Source: Eledone cirrhosa
Taxonomy: Eukaryota
NCBI GenBank assembly: GCA_964016885.1
Contig: OZ024741.1
Coordinates: 394,940,001-395,004,000, forward strand
Direction of reading: 5' to 3'
Length of the DNA stretch: 64,000 nucleotides
Under the pieces are notes generated by a model. That model searched no databases, was not told where the DNA came from, and worked only from the letters and a program-made list of their open reading frames with translations. Shown here piece after piece: positions 39,199-53,329 of the stretch (position 1 is the first letter of the stretch; each line of letters starts with the position of its first letter). Both the position numbers and the translations under genes were made by a program.

Positions 39199-41058
39199 GA
39201 GAAGTACCTAGCTAAAAGTAAACTCCTCTATTTGATATTTGTTGACCTAGAGAAAGCTTTTGACAGAGCCCCTCTGCATGGTCCATTAGGAAACAAGGAG
39301 TAGATGAGTGGCTTGTGAAGGCAGTATAAGCTATGTATAGAGGAGTGGTCAGCAAGGCTACTATAGTGAAGAATTTAGCATGCAGGTAGGAGTCCATCAG
39401 GGCTCTGTTCTTAGCCCTCTCCTGTTTATTATCGTCCAGCAGGCTATAACAGAAGAGTTTAAAACTGGGTGCTCATGGGAACTTCTGTATGCAGATGATC
39501 TATCTCTCATAGCTGAATCTATAGCAGGATTGCTGAAGAAATTCAAAACCTGGAAGCATAGCCTAGAATCAAAAAGTCTTAAAGTCAATTTGACAAAGAC
39601 TAAAATCCTAGTATGTAAAAAGGAAATCAGGGCCCATATTCCCTCAGGGAAATAGCCTTGCTCGGTGTGCAGAAAAGGAGTAGGTAGACATTCCATTCTA
39701 TGTCCCAAATGCAAACTATGGGTACGCAAGAGATGTAGTGGTATCTCAGGCAGGCTAGCAAAGAATATAGGTTTTGTATGTGGTCAATGCACTGGATCAG
39801 TAAATAGCAAGAGCTCATAGGATACTAATTCCTTTAAATGCCCATAGGGCTCTGTAGAGGTAGTTGATAGTTTCTGTTACCTAAGTTACTAAATTAGCAG
39901 TGGAAGTGGGTCTTCTGCAAGTATAGTTTCCAAAGTGAGAATAGTATGGAAGAAGTTCAGAGAGCTACTACTGCTGCTAGCTACAAAAGGTTTTTCCTTC
40001 AAAATGTAAAACAGACTGTATGAGGTTTGTGTATGTAATGCTGCATAGAAGTGAGACCTGGGCAATATGTGCAGAGGATCTACGAAGGATCGGAAAGAAA
40101 TGAAGCTTGCATGCTTCAATGGATGTAAATGAACACCAAAGCATCAATGAACTGAGAGAGAAACTAGGTATAAGAGGGGGTTAGATGTAGTGTACAGGAG
40201 AGGAGATGGCAGTGGTTTGGACATGTGATGAATATGGAGGATGGTAGTAGTATAAAAGGGGTGCAGGGCACTCAAAGTCGACAAAAACTATGGAAGAGGA
40301 AGACTTAGGAAAGCTTGGGATGAAGTGATAAAAGCTGATCTTGACAATTAAAACTCACAAAGGGTATGACATAGGATTGAGATATTTGGCATTATACTGT
40401 ACTGCAGAAAACCCACCTTTCCATGTGCTCAAAATGAAATGAAACAAACGTAGAGGACACAGTAGTCTGCACCAATCTTCTCTTCACCCCTCCCCATTCA
40501 CTCTCCCTAATCTTAATACCCGACCCTCACCAACTAAATATCCCACGCGCCACATTGATGTAAAACTTGCTTACTTCCCCTCTCCAAAATCTCACGCCTG
40601 ATACACCTTATTTGCCCATCCCATGCATACAAGCATGAAAGCTGGACACACTCTAAATCTGGTCTTCCACAATGCCATTACCACAACAAAAGCGCTAAGT
40701 CTACCCTGTATGCTGATCCAGTGTCACAACAACAAAAGCACCCAGTCCATCGTGAAAGGTGATCATGATTGTGACATGACAAAAAGGTGGTCGTAAGTAC
40801 CCAGTCCACCCTCTAATGTGGTCATGATTGTGACATGACAAAAAGTACCTAGTCCACCTTGTTAAGTGGTCATTTCGGTGCCACAATAAAAAGCACTCTG
40901 TCCACATTATGTGGTAGGTGTTAGGAAGGGCATCCAGCTAGAGAACCCAAGTCAAAATATAGATTTGTATGAGTATGATGTCGTCTCCAGATATGGCTTG
41001 TCTCATAATGTGGCAACCCATCTAACCCATGCAAGCATGTTAAATGATAGTGATAATG
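39196..41058 (+). mobile_element. Old degenerate RTE LINE 3' half
   Basis: [10 protein letters not shown] and YADD motifs with many stops; UTR repeats and tail. Confidence 0.85.
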
Positions 41059-41074
41059 TTATATACATATATAT

Positions 41075-44000
41075 ATCATCATCACCGTTTTATGTCCGTT
41101 CTTCCACGCTAGCATAGGTTAGATGGGTTGTCCTGTTGTGGGCAGTGTCTGGTCGGCTGACCTTGTCTTGCTCATACAGGAACTGATTCTGGCTTGATTT
41201 CTACAGCTGGATGCCCTTCCTAACACCAACCTCATTTACAGTGAGTGGGGGGGTGCTTTTTTTTCCGTGGCGCCTACACGTCCACTTTACAGTGTGGGCT
41301 GGGTGCTTTTTTTCCGTGGCACCTCCACGACCACCTTGCAGTGGGGGGTGTGGGGGCATATTGTCTATATGCTTCAGCTTGTACCCATGGGAGGTCGGCT
41401 ACTCTGTATTACTGCGTGACGCCAGAGGTCACGGTCGTGTGTCATCGCCTTTGAGAGGTGTAACTGGGTAAGGTCGGCTTTTATCACCTCATCCCAGGTC
41501 ATCTTTGGTCTCCCCACTCCGCGGTTTCCATCGACTTCTAGTGCTCTGCATCTTTTTATGCAGTTGTCATCCTTCTTACGCATCACATGTCCATACCAAC
41601 GCAACCACCTCTCCTGCATACAGCATTTGATTCCTCTTATGCTCAGTCTCTCTCTCAATTCATTTATGCTTTGTCGGTCACGTATATTACTATTACACAT
41701 CCATCGGAGCATGCAGGCTTCGTTTCTCTCTAATCTACGTAAGTCTTCCACCTTCAGCGCCCAGGTCTCACTACCATGCAACATCGCTGTTCGGATACAC
41801 GTATCATACAGTCTGCCTTTCATTTTGAGGGAGAAGCCTTTTGCAGCTAGCAGTGGTAGTAGTTCCCTAAACTTCTTCCATCCCGTTCTTACCCTAGTTA
41901 TTGTACTTTCTGAACACCCACCTCCGCTGCTAATTCGGTCACCTAGGTAGCAGAAGCTGTCTACTGTTTCTACAGAGCCCTCCCAGAGATTGGTGGTACT
42001 TGTTTCCTGTGGCTGTTTGCTGCTTGCTGTCCCAGCACAGCTGCTGCATGTGAAGCCTACATTCTTAATTAAGCTTCCTGAGATCCCGCTACATCTCTTG
42101 TGTACACATTGTTTGCATTTGGGGCAGAGAATGGAGTTCCTACCTACATCTTTCCTACATACTGAGCAAGGCCATTTCCCTGAGGGGATCTGGGTTCTGT
42201 CTTCTCGTCTACTTACAAGGACCTTAGTCTTTGTCATGTTGACTTTGAGACCCTTTCTTTCTAGTCCCTGCTTCCAAGTTTGGAATTTCTTCTCTAGTTC
42301 TACCATAGATTCAGCTATAAGTGCGAGGTCATAAGCATACAGGAGTTCCTATGGGCATCCGGTCTTAAACTCCTCCGTTATTGTCTGCAGGACTATGATG
42401 AACAGGAGGGGGCTAAGAACAGAGCTCTGGTGGACCCCAACCTGTACGCTAAATTCCTCGCTATACTCATTGCTAATCCTAACTTTGCTGACTGCTCCCC
42501 TATACATGGCTTGTACAGCTTTCACAAGCCATTCATCTACTCCTAGTTTTCTAAGAGCCCACCAGATTACATCACGTGGAACTCTGTCAAAGGTTTTCTC
42601 AAGATCGACAAATGCCAGGTAGAGGGGCTTACTTTTAGCTAGGTACTTTTCCTGTAACTGCCTCACAAGGAAGAGGGCATCAGCGGTGCCTCTTCCTGGT
42701 ACAAACCCAAATTGCATCTCATCTAGTTTCACCCGGTCCCTAATCAACTGTGCTATAACTCTTTCTGTTACTTTCATGACCTGGTCCATCAGCTTATACC
42801 TCTATAGTTTCCTCTATCGAGTGCATCACCTTTACCTTTGTAGCAGTTGACAATGATGCTACTGCACCAATCTTTTGGTATGACACCTTCTAGTATTACC
42901 TGGTTAACAATACGTGTGGTTATAGTGTGACCTACAGACCCAGATGCCTTCAGCATCTCGCCAGCTATACCCGAATGACCGGTTGCCTTCCCCATCTTCA
43001 TATCTTTGATTGCCTTACTTACTACGCTGCTGCTGACTTGTACTGCTGGCCCCTCTATAGGGTCTACTTGGGGTAGGGTCTCTTCTTCCCATGCATTCTC
43101 CTCATTTAGTAATCTATCATAATGACTCTTCCATGCATCTTTCTTCTCAGCACTTGTGAGGGCAAGCCCACCTTTATCATTCCGGATACACTTCTCTCCA
43201 ATGACATCACAATTCTCTCTGACACACTGCCTCGCAATCTTGAACACCTCCTGTTTCTGGTCCTCACATTGCAAAACATGCTTGAATTTTCTATCCTCTG
43301 CTTCCCTCCTAGCTAAGTATACTTGTTGCCTAGCTTCCCTCTTGGTCTCTATGTAATGTACCCTGCTCCCCCCCATTCTTCCATTCTTTCCATGCCTGTC
43401 TCTTGACCTTAACTGCCTCATCTACCTTATTATTCCACCACCAAGTCACTCTCCTCCTGCTTGTGGTCTTACTCCAGCCACAGACCTCATCCGTCGCCTC
43501 TAGTAAGTTATTTATTAGGAACTCCCAGTGCTCTTCTACATTGAATGTCTCTATCTGTTCTTCTTTACTGTCGTAGGCGTTGGGTAAAATATCTCTAAAT
43601 CTGTTACTGGTTGAGGGGTCTTTCAGCTTCCAGATCTTTCTTCTCCAGGTTGGCCTCTGTTTCTAGGTTCGTCTAGTTCTGACTGTGAGGTCGCTGACAA
43701 CTAAGCTATGTTGGGATGTACATTCCTCACTAGGGAAGGCTTTTGTGTTTACGACCGTCCATCTGTCACGTCCTCTGATGAGGATAAAATCTATCTGACT
43801 AGAATGCTCCCCTGATCTATAGGTGATCAGGTGGTTGTCGGGTTTTTTGAAGTTTGTGTTACATATCGACATGTCATTGGTGTCGCCGAATTCTAGAAGT
43901 CTGAATCCTTCTTCATTTCTTGTGCCAACCCATGGCCTCCATGGACTCTATTGAAGCCGTCACAGTGTTTACCTACGTGTCCGTTAAAATCTCCTGCGAT

Positions 44001-44833
44001 GATTAGGAAGTCATTGTCGTTTGTTAGAGCAGTAGTGTGCAATAGGGACTCATAAAACCTATCCTTAAGTTCGTCTGGCAACCCCGATTGGGGTGCGTAA
44101 GCTGATATTATTGTGGTAATTGTTTTATTCAGGACTAGTCTGAGTTTAATGATTCTTGCATTTACCCTGTACACTGAGATTACTTTATCTACCCACTTGT
44201 CAGCTAGTATACTTGCACCACCCATCCCATTGTCATTTCCCACCCAGAAAAATTTGTAGCACCGACTTTTTCCTACAAGGACTCTAGCAGACTCTCCTCT
44301 CCATCTAGTCTCTTGCACACAGCATACATCAATTTTCTTTCGCTCTAGCATTTCTACGATTTCTCCTGCTCTTCCTTTCATTGTGCTTACATTGTTGGTA
44401 CCAACTCGGAGTTTTGGGCATTTGTCGACACTCGTAGGGAAGGTTGATTTTTGCAGGGGTGTGTGTGTGCTTTCTCTCTCTGGATTGGCGCTTCACATTT
44501 GTGCTTGGTAGCTCGCGGATTCATATTTCATCTATTAATTCAGAGTTGCTCAAATTTATTCTCAGCTCATCCATCCATAACGGTAGCTAGAAGAACAGTG
44601 GTGGTGGAATAATGGCAGGGTGTGTTGGGCTGGGACAGGGGAGGAGAGAGTTAGTTAGGTAGTAGTAGTAGTAGAAGAAATGGCATGCTGAGGTTTGATT
44701 GGTCGAATAGGCTATGGTGGTGTGACGGGGTGGGTGGGAGGAAAATTGTGAGGTAGAGAGAGGGTCGCCGTCAAGGCGATAGAACTAACCGATAGAATAC
44801 AGCATGGCAAAGTAGCCGATAGAATACAGCAAC
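41075..44833 (-). mobile_element. Near-full-length RTE LINE (5' UTR, APE, RT, 3' UTR), frameshifted
   Basis: CVQETRW, ISAYAPQSG, GDFNGHVG and SQIDFIL endonuclease motifs plus RT motifs, spread over ORFs 41374-44381; tail at about 41075. Confidence 0.93.
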
Positions 44834-44899
44834 AATAATATTATATATATATATATATATACAGACACACACACATATATATATATATATACACACATA

Positions 44900-45812
44900 T
44901 CATCATCATCATCGTTTAACGTCTATCTTCCACGCTTGCATGGGTTTGGACGGGAGTTTTCCCACTTGAGGCAAGATTGGTTGTCTTGCTCGCATAGGAC
45001 TGTCTGGCGGGTTTTCTACGGCTGGATGCCCTTCCTAACACCAACCACTTTAACAGTGTGGACTGGGAGGTTTTTACGATGTTACCTACACGGCCACATT
45101 ACAGAGTGGACTGTGTGTTTTTTTGTCGTGACACCTACACGACCTCATTTGTTTCGGACTGGATGTTGTGGTACCAACGTAACTTTACATTGAAAGGGGT
45201 GGTGTGGATGGGGTGGGGGTAGTGGGACGGGGGGTGTATTTTTGTTAGAGGTGCCTACTGACTGTAGTAGGTTTCACTTTGTACTTAGGTAAGGCGGGTC
45301 TTCTGTATTACTGCGTAGCGCCAAAGATCTCGGTCCAGTGACATTGTCTTGGAGAGGTGTAAGTGTGTGAGGTCGGAATTTATCAAGTCGTCCCAGGTTT
45401 TTCTGGGTCTGCCTACTCCGTGGCTACCGTCTATTTTTATTGCCCTGTACTTTTTTATACAGATGTCGTCTTTCAAGCGCATCATGTGACCGTACCAACG
45501 TAGTCTTCTCTCGAGTAAACAACATCTGATCCCTCTTATTTCTAATTTTTCCCTTAGTTCGTTTATGCTTTGCCGTTCACGTATATTACTATTACACATC
45601 CAGCAGAGCATGCAAGCTTCGTTTCTCTCTAGTCTGCGTATATCCTCTGCACACAATGCCCAGGTCTCACTGCCATGTAACATTGCTGTTCGTATGCAGG
45701 CATCATACAACCTGCCTTTCATTTTTAGGGAGAACCCTTTAGCGGCTAATAGTGGTATAAGCTCTCTGAACTTTTTCCATCCAGTTCTGACTCTAGCTAA
45801 TGTACTTTCAGA
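44900..45812 (-). mobile_element. RTE LINE 3' fragment within a TA tract
   Basis: [24 protein letters not shown] followed by UTR and a (CAT)n tail. Confidence 0.92.
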
Positions 45813-47190
<1,378 letters not shown>

Positions 47191-47192
<2 letters not shown>

Positions 47193-47525
47193 ATAATATA
47201 AGATCAAAAGATGGTTAAAGGAGTTCCATGTATTTTATTATGCGCATTTCAAAAACAAACATCATCATGCAATAATATTTGTGTTTTCATCAGATAAAAC
47301 AGGAGAACATGATATGAAGGCTAAAAAACACTTGTGGATAGTGCAGTTTTAAATCAACATATTTAAATCAACTGCACTATCCACAAGTGTTTTTTAGCCT
47401 TCATATCATGTTCTCCTGTTTTATCTGATGAAAACAAATATTATTGCATGATGATGTTTGTTTTTGAAATGCGCATAATAAAATACATGGAACTCCTTTA
47501 ACCATCTTTTGATCTTATATTATGT
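47191..47525. repeat. Palindrome with a divergent HHR pair
   Basis: Arms of about 157 bp around a spacer at about 47350-47369; HHRs at 47233-47299 (-) and 47419-47483 (+). Confidence 0.92.
47419..47483 (+). ncRNA. Type I hammerhead ribozyme motif
   Basis: ttttat-CTGATGA-[long hairpin aaacaaatatta..tgatgtttgttt]-GAAA-tgcgca-TA-ataaaa; palindromic stem/loop III; AUA cleavage triplet. Confidence 0.85.
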
Positions 47526-47662
47526 ATACTCCAGTCCTACAAACTGTAGAGTGCTTCTTATCCGATATCTGCATTGCTTTATTGTACTACAATAAAACTC
47601 ACCTCCTACATATATATATATATATGTATATTGGAAAATGTGTGTAATCCTTGGTACAGTTA

Positions 47663-48768
47663 GGTATATTAAGACAGGGGGGAAGAAAAAATGGCTTCAC
47701 TTGTGCTTTCAACAAATTTATTTTCTTCACAAAATCCAAAAAGAATTTTTTTCCGGATTAGAAAAACATTTTTTTTTTTTTTTTCCTTAAAAAAAATTAT
47801 TTTATAAATTAAGTTAGGTCTTAGGAGTTCTTGGTTAACGTAGGAGGTATTGTTTCGTTTTTAGAACGACCTTTCACGCTGAGGTGCGCTTGTCAAACTG
47901 ATGTGTATGTGGTGTGTTGTTCTATATATAGGGATTTGACATGTCTGTGGTGGGGGTTTTTTTCTCCCCCTTTTTTAAATAAGTGTATGGGTGTAGGTGT
48001 GTTGAAAAAGTGTTAATAGCAGTAATGAGTTGAGACGGTGAGTAGGGTTGGGTGGGGAGAAATGTAGCAAGTGCGGCCTGCCCCAGTCATTCTCGAAAAA
48101 TTCCTTTATTCAGGGGATTCCTTTGTGTTGAGAATGGTCACAGGCAAATCGCATCTGCCAAGTTTGTAAAAAATTATTTTTTTCTGAAGAATTTTTCTAC
48201 GTCCATCCCAAAATTAGTCCTTTGTTCAACACACACATATGTGCGTATATACGTACATACACACACGGGCATATGTAGGAATATATAGGCACACACCATC
48301 AATCACACACCCATGTACATATACATCCACATACATACATTTTTCGAGAATGACTGGGGCAGGCCGCACTTGCTACATTTCTCCCCACCCAACCCTACTC
48401 ACCGTCTCAACTCATTACTGCTATTAACACTTTTTCAACACACCTACACCCATACACTTATTTAAAAAAGGGGGAGAAAAAAACCCCCACCACAGACATG
48501 TCAAATCCCTATATATAGAACAACACACCACATACACATCAGTTTGACAAGCGCACCTCAGCGTGAAAGGTCGTTCTAAAAACGAAACAATACCTCCTAC
48601 GTTAACCAAGAACTCCTAAGACCTAACTTAATTTATAAAATAATTTTTTCTAACGAAAAAAAAAATTTTTTTTCTAATCCGGAAAAAAATTCTTTTTGGA
48701 TTTTGTGAAGAAAATAAATTTGTTGAAAGCACAAGTGAAGCCATTTTTCTTCCCCCCTGTCTTAATAT
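47663..48768. repeat. Long inverted repeat (arms of about 435 bp, spacer of about 240 bp)
   Basis: 47663-48100 is the near-perfect reverse complement of 48340-48768; an identical 61-aa ORF appears on both strands. Confidence 0.95.
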
Positions 48769-49849
48769 ATATGTATATATATACATACATATATATATGT
48801 ATATATATATATGTATATATATAAATACATATATACATTTTCTCGCACCGCTCCTGGCCTGACTGTGGTCTGACATTAATATCGACCTTCCTTCCTCTCT
48901 CTTTCTATCTTCCTTCTTGTAGCCATCAACCATTACTTTTCTACTTCTCTAAGCAAAATTTTAAAGTTCCAACTTTCTGTCGGACTGTTGGGTGGGTTTT
49001 AGTGGCGGCGTGACCAGCTCCATGGCGCACGAGCTTACCTGGAGTGCTTGGAAAAATAAATTTCCCCTTCTTTTGGTAAATGAAAATACTCGGCGTAGCT
49101 TAATTCGCCATGGGGCCCGGGGCGCGGCCGGTGTTTTAACCGCCACATAGTACCTTTAAATTACAGAACAAATCGGAACTATTAGATATATCAACCTGAA
49201 AATGTTAAACTGTTGAACTTTAAATTTTCTAACCTCTTTAATATTGAATATTGATTATTAATTTTTTAAATTCATCCTATAAGTCTAAACATTGTAACAC
49301 ACTGACTCCCAATATATTCACCTCTGCTAAGATGCGGGTCCCTGTGAACATTTTCTCGCGCCACTCCTGGCCTGACTGTGGTCTGACATTAATATCGACC
49401 TTCCTTCCTCTCTCTTTCTATCTTCCTTCTTGTAGCCATCAACTCTTACTTTTCTACTTCTCTCTTCTCTTCCTTCACTTCTCCACTCTTCCTGTCTTCT
49501 TCCCGCAGACTTATCTTCCTTCCCCCTCTTGCTTGCCTATATCTGAGGGTAGTAGTTGCCTTTCTTCTTTTAGCTGACATTAACCCTGACTTCTCTTCTT
49601 CTTTCTTCCCCCTTCTTCTCTCTCCTTCCTTTTTTTCTTTCTTTTACCTTGTGTCATGAGATTGACGCTAACTTATGTTCCCATCCCTTTCTGTTTTCGT
49701 TTATCTGACCGGTAGTAGCATACTATAAACTTTAGCCACGTCACTCGAGGGCGACCAGCTGAGGTTGAAGGAACAGAATAGCGGTCGCCCTCGGGTCCTC
49801 GATTTTCAGCCCCATGGATTTTATCTATTACATTCACATATTATATTTC

Positions 49850-49910
49850 GAATCTCTGATGATATCACCGGATTCATACGGAACCCGGTCATTGAAATGA
49901 TCATAGTATA
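49850..49910 (+). ncRNA. Hammerhead-like motif with a degenerate stem I
   Basis: CTGATGA-[accgg..ccggt hairpin]-GAAA-tgatca-TA. Confidence 0.6.
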
Positions 49911-49949
49911 ATAAACCTTTCAAGGATTTACACAAATCCAGACTCCTGT

Positions 49950-50296
49950 CATTTCATTTCATTTTTCATTTCATTTTACGTCCACTTTTCCCTGCTTGCA
50001 AGGGTGGGACGGGAACTGATTGTGGCTTGATTTCTACAGCTGGATGCCCTTCCTAACACCAACCTCATTTACAGTGAGTGCTGGGTGCTTTTTTGCCGTG
50101 ACACCTCCACGACCACTTTGCAGTGGAATGTTAGGGATCCCAGTCCCTATCATCTCATTTCTACAGCTGAGTAAACTGGAGCAATGTGAAATAAAGTGTC
50201 TTGCTCAAGGAAACAACACATCACCCGGTCTGAGAATTGAACTCACAACCTTTCGATTGCAAGGCCAATGCTCTAACCACTAAGCCATGTGCCTCC
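49950..50296 (-). mobile_element. tRNA-derived CORE-like SINE with an RTE-derived 3' tail
   Basis: Minus strand: A box TGGCTTAGTGG, B box GAGTTCAATTC, CORE-like CCTTGAGCAAGACACTTT, then a tail matching the RTE UTR at 52890-53040, ending in (AAATG)n. Confidence 0.82.
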
Positions 50297-50543
50297 ATTA
50301 TAATATTTAACTCCGTAATAGCACCACCAACTACAAAAACAAAGACGGTTGAACTGTCTTACGTTGAGTACTCTCTATATTATTGCATTACGATCGACCA
50401 TACGGAATAGACCAGCTCTATACAGTGGCGAACCTCAAACCTGAATATATATACATACATATATATATGTATATATGTATATATATATGTATGTATATAT
50501 ATACATATATATATGTATATATGTATATATATATATATATGTA

Positions 50544-51050
50544 TTGTTAAAACTTTGGGAGGATCATGTTGCCAATAAGAAACACACGCACCAGTTGCTT
50601 TCACTTCAATTTATTATAATAAATTTATAACTTTAGGAATTTATTAATTTCCGGTTGGTTGGGTGGTTCCACAACCAGATGGTTGTTTATATATTGTCAA
50701 AGTTCTTTCGTCACACATTCTGTGACCTCTTCAGTGACTGGGGATTCTTTTCTTTTTTTTTGTGCCTCTCCTTTGTTCTGTCCTACACCATCTTGTTTTT
50801 GTGTGTGAAGTCACTGAAGAGGTCACAGAATATGTGATGAAAGAACTTTGACAATATATAAACAACGCTCTGGTTGTGGAACCAACCAACCAACCGGAAA
50901 TTTATAAATTCCTAAATTTATGAATTTATTATAATAAATTGAAGAGAATGCAACTGGTGCGTGTGTTTCTTATTGGCAACATGACCCTCCCAAAGTATAA
51001 CAATATCGGTTTCAATAAAGAATCTTGCTAAACAAATTCAGATACGAAAT
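50544..51050. mobile_element. PLE pLTR fold-back with a divergent HHR pair (same family as 33000-33928)
   Basis: HHR at 50696-50738 (-) and 50810-50852 (+); arms match 33064-33200 and 33722-33926; TA tracts on both sides. Confidence 0.9.
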
Positions 51051-51495
51051 ATATATATGTATATATATATACATACATATATATGTATATATATATGTAT
51101 ATATATATATATGTATATATATACATATACACATATATATATATGTATATATATATGTATATATATATATGTATATATATATGTATATATATATGTATAT
51201 ATATATGTATATATATATGTATGTATATATATATATATATATATGTATGTATATATATATATGTATGTATATATATATATATATGTATGTATATATATAT
51301 ATATATATGTATGTATATATATATATGTATATATGTATGTATATATATATGTTTATATGTATGTATATATATATGTATATATGTATGTATATATATATGT
51401 TTATATGTATATATATATATGTATATATGTATGTATATATATATGTTTATATATATATATGTATATATGTATGTATATATATATATATATGTATG

Positions 51496-51527
<32 letters not shown>

Positions 51528-51615
51528 TATATATATGTTTATATGTATATATATATATGTATGTATATATATATATATATGTATATATGTATATATATAT
51601 ATGTATATATGTATG

Positions 51616-51655
<40 letters not shown>

Positions 51656-51767
51656 TATGTTTATATATGTATGTATATATATATGTGTATATATATATGT
51701 ATGTATATATATATGTTTATATATATATGTATATATATATATATGTATGTATATATATATATGTTTA
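51048..51767. repeat. (TA)n/(TATG)n microsatellite
   Basis: Directly visible. Confidence 0.97.
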
Positions 51768-52198
51768 TCATCATCGTCATCATCATCAATGCTTAACGTC
51801 CGTGTTCCATGCTTGCATGGCTTTGGACGGGGGTTTTCCCACTTGAGGCAAGAGTGATTGTCTTGCTCGCATAGGACTGTCTGGCGGGTTTTCTACAGTT
51901 GGATGCCCTTCCTAACACCAACCACATTTACAGTGTGGGGCTGGGAGATTTTTACCGTGTTGCCTACACGGCCACATTACAGCGTGGACTGTGTGTTTTT
52001 TTGTCGTGACACCTACACGATCTCATTTGTTTTGGCCTGGTTGTTGTGGCACCAACATAACTTTACATTGAAAGGGGCGGTGTGGATGGGGTGGGGTTGG
52101 TGGGACGGGGGTGTATTTTGTTAGAGATGCCTACTGACTGTAGTAGGTTTTACTTTGTATTAGGTAAGGCGGGTCTTCTCTATTACTGAGTACCGCCA
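51768..52198 (-). mobile_element. RTE 3' end fragment
   Basis: [12 protein letters not shown] followed by UTR and tail. Confidence 0.9.
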
Positions 52199-52556
52199 AT
52201 GTATATATATATGTATATATATATATGTTTACATGTATATATATGTATATGTATATATGTATGTATATATGTATATATGTTTATATATATATGTATGTAT
52301 ATATGTTTATATATATATGTATGTATATATGTTTATATATATATGTATGTATATATGTTTATATATATATGTATGTATATATGTATATATATATATGTTT
52401 ATATATATATATGTATGTATATATGTTTATATATATATGTATGTATATATGTGTATATATATATGTTTGTATATATGTGTATGTATATATGTATATATAT
52501 ATATGTTTATATATATATGTATATATATATGTATATATATATATGTATATATATAT

Positions 52557-53166
52557 AGCGACAAAGCATAAATGCATTGAGAGAGAGACTGAGCATAAGA
52601 GGAATCAAATGCTGTGTGCAGGAGAGGCGGTTGCGTTGGTATGGACATGTGATGCGTATGAAGGATGACAGCTGCATAAAAAGGTGCAGAGCACTAGAAG
52701 TCGATGGAAACCGCGGAGTGGGGAGACCCAAGATGACCTGGGATGAGGTGATAAAAGCCGACCTTACCCAATTACACCTCTCAAAGGCGATGACACACGA
52801 CCGTGACGTCTGGCGTCACGCAGTAATACAGAGTACCCGACCTCCCATGGGTACAAGCTGAAGCATATAGACAATATACCCCCACACCCACCACTGCAAG
52901 GTGGTCGTGGAGGTGCCACGGCAAAAAAGCACCCAGCCCACACTGTAAAGTGGACGTGTAGGTGCCATGAAAAAGCACCCAGCACTCACTGTAAATGAGG
53001 TTGGTGTTAGGAAGGGCATCCAGCTGTAGAAATCAAGCCAAATCCGTTCCTGTATGAGCAAGGCATGGTCAGCTGACCAGACAGTTCCCACAACAGGACA
53101 ACCCGTCTAACTCATGCTAGCATGGAAGAACGGACGTAAAATGATGATGATGATGATGATGATGAT
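52557..53166 (+). mobile_element. RTE 3' fragment (family of 41075-44833)
   Basis: [18 protein letters not shown] followed by UTR and a (GAT)n tail. Confidence 0.92.
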
Positions 53167-53203
53167 GTATATATATATATGTATTTATGTATATATATAT
53201 ATG

Positions 53204-53284
<81 letters not shown>

Positions 53285-53329
53285 GTATATATATATATGT
53301 ATATATATATATATGTATTTATATATACA

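Noticed and set aside
44400-44833. HDV-like ribozyme in the RTE 5' UTR
   Set aside because: Looked for because some RTEs have one. I could not build the nested double pseudoknot by eye and saw only short ccgatagaatacagc repeats.
47831-48609. Identical 61-aa ORFs on both strands
   Set aside because: A by-product of the inverted repeat; non-ATG start and no recognisable domain.
50225-50296. Possible tRNA gene
   Set aside because: Imperfect cloverleaf that continues into a SINE body and LINE-derived tail.
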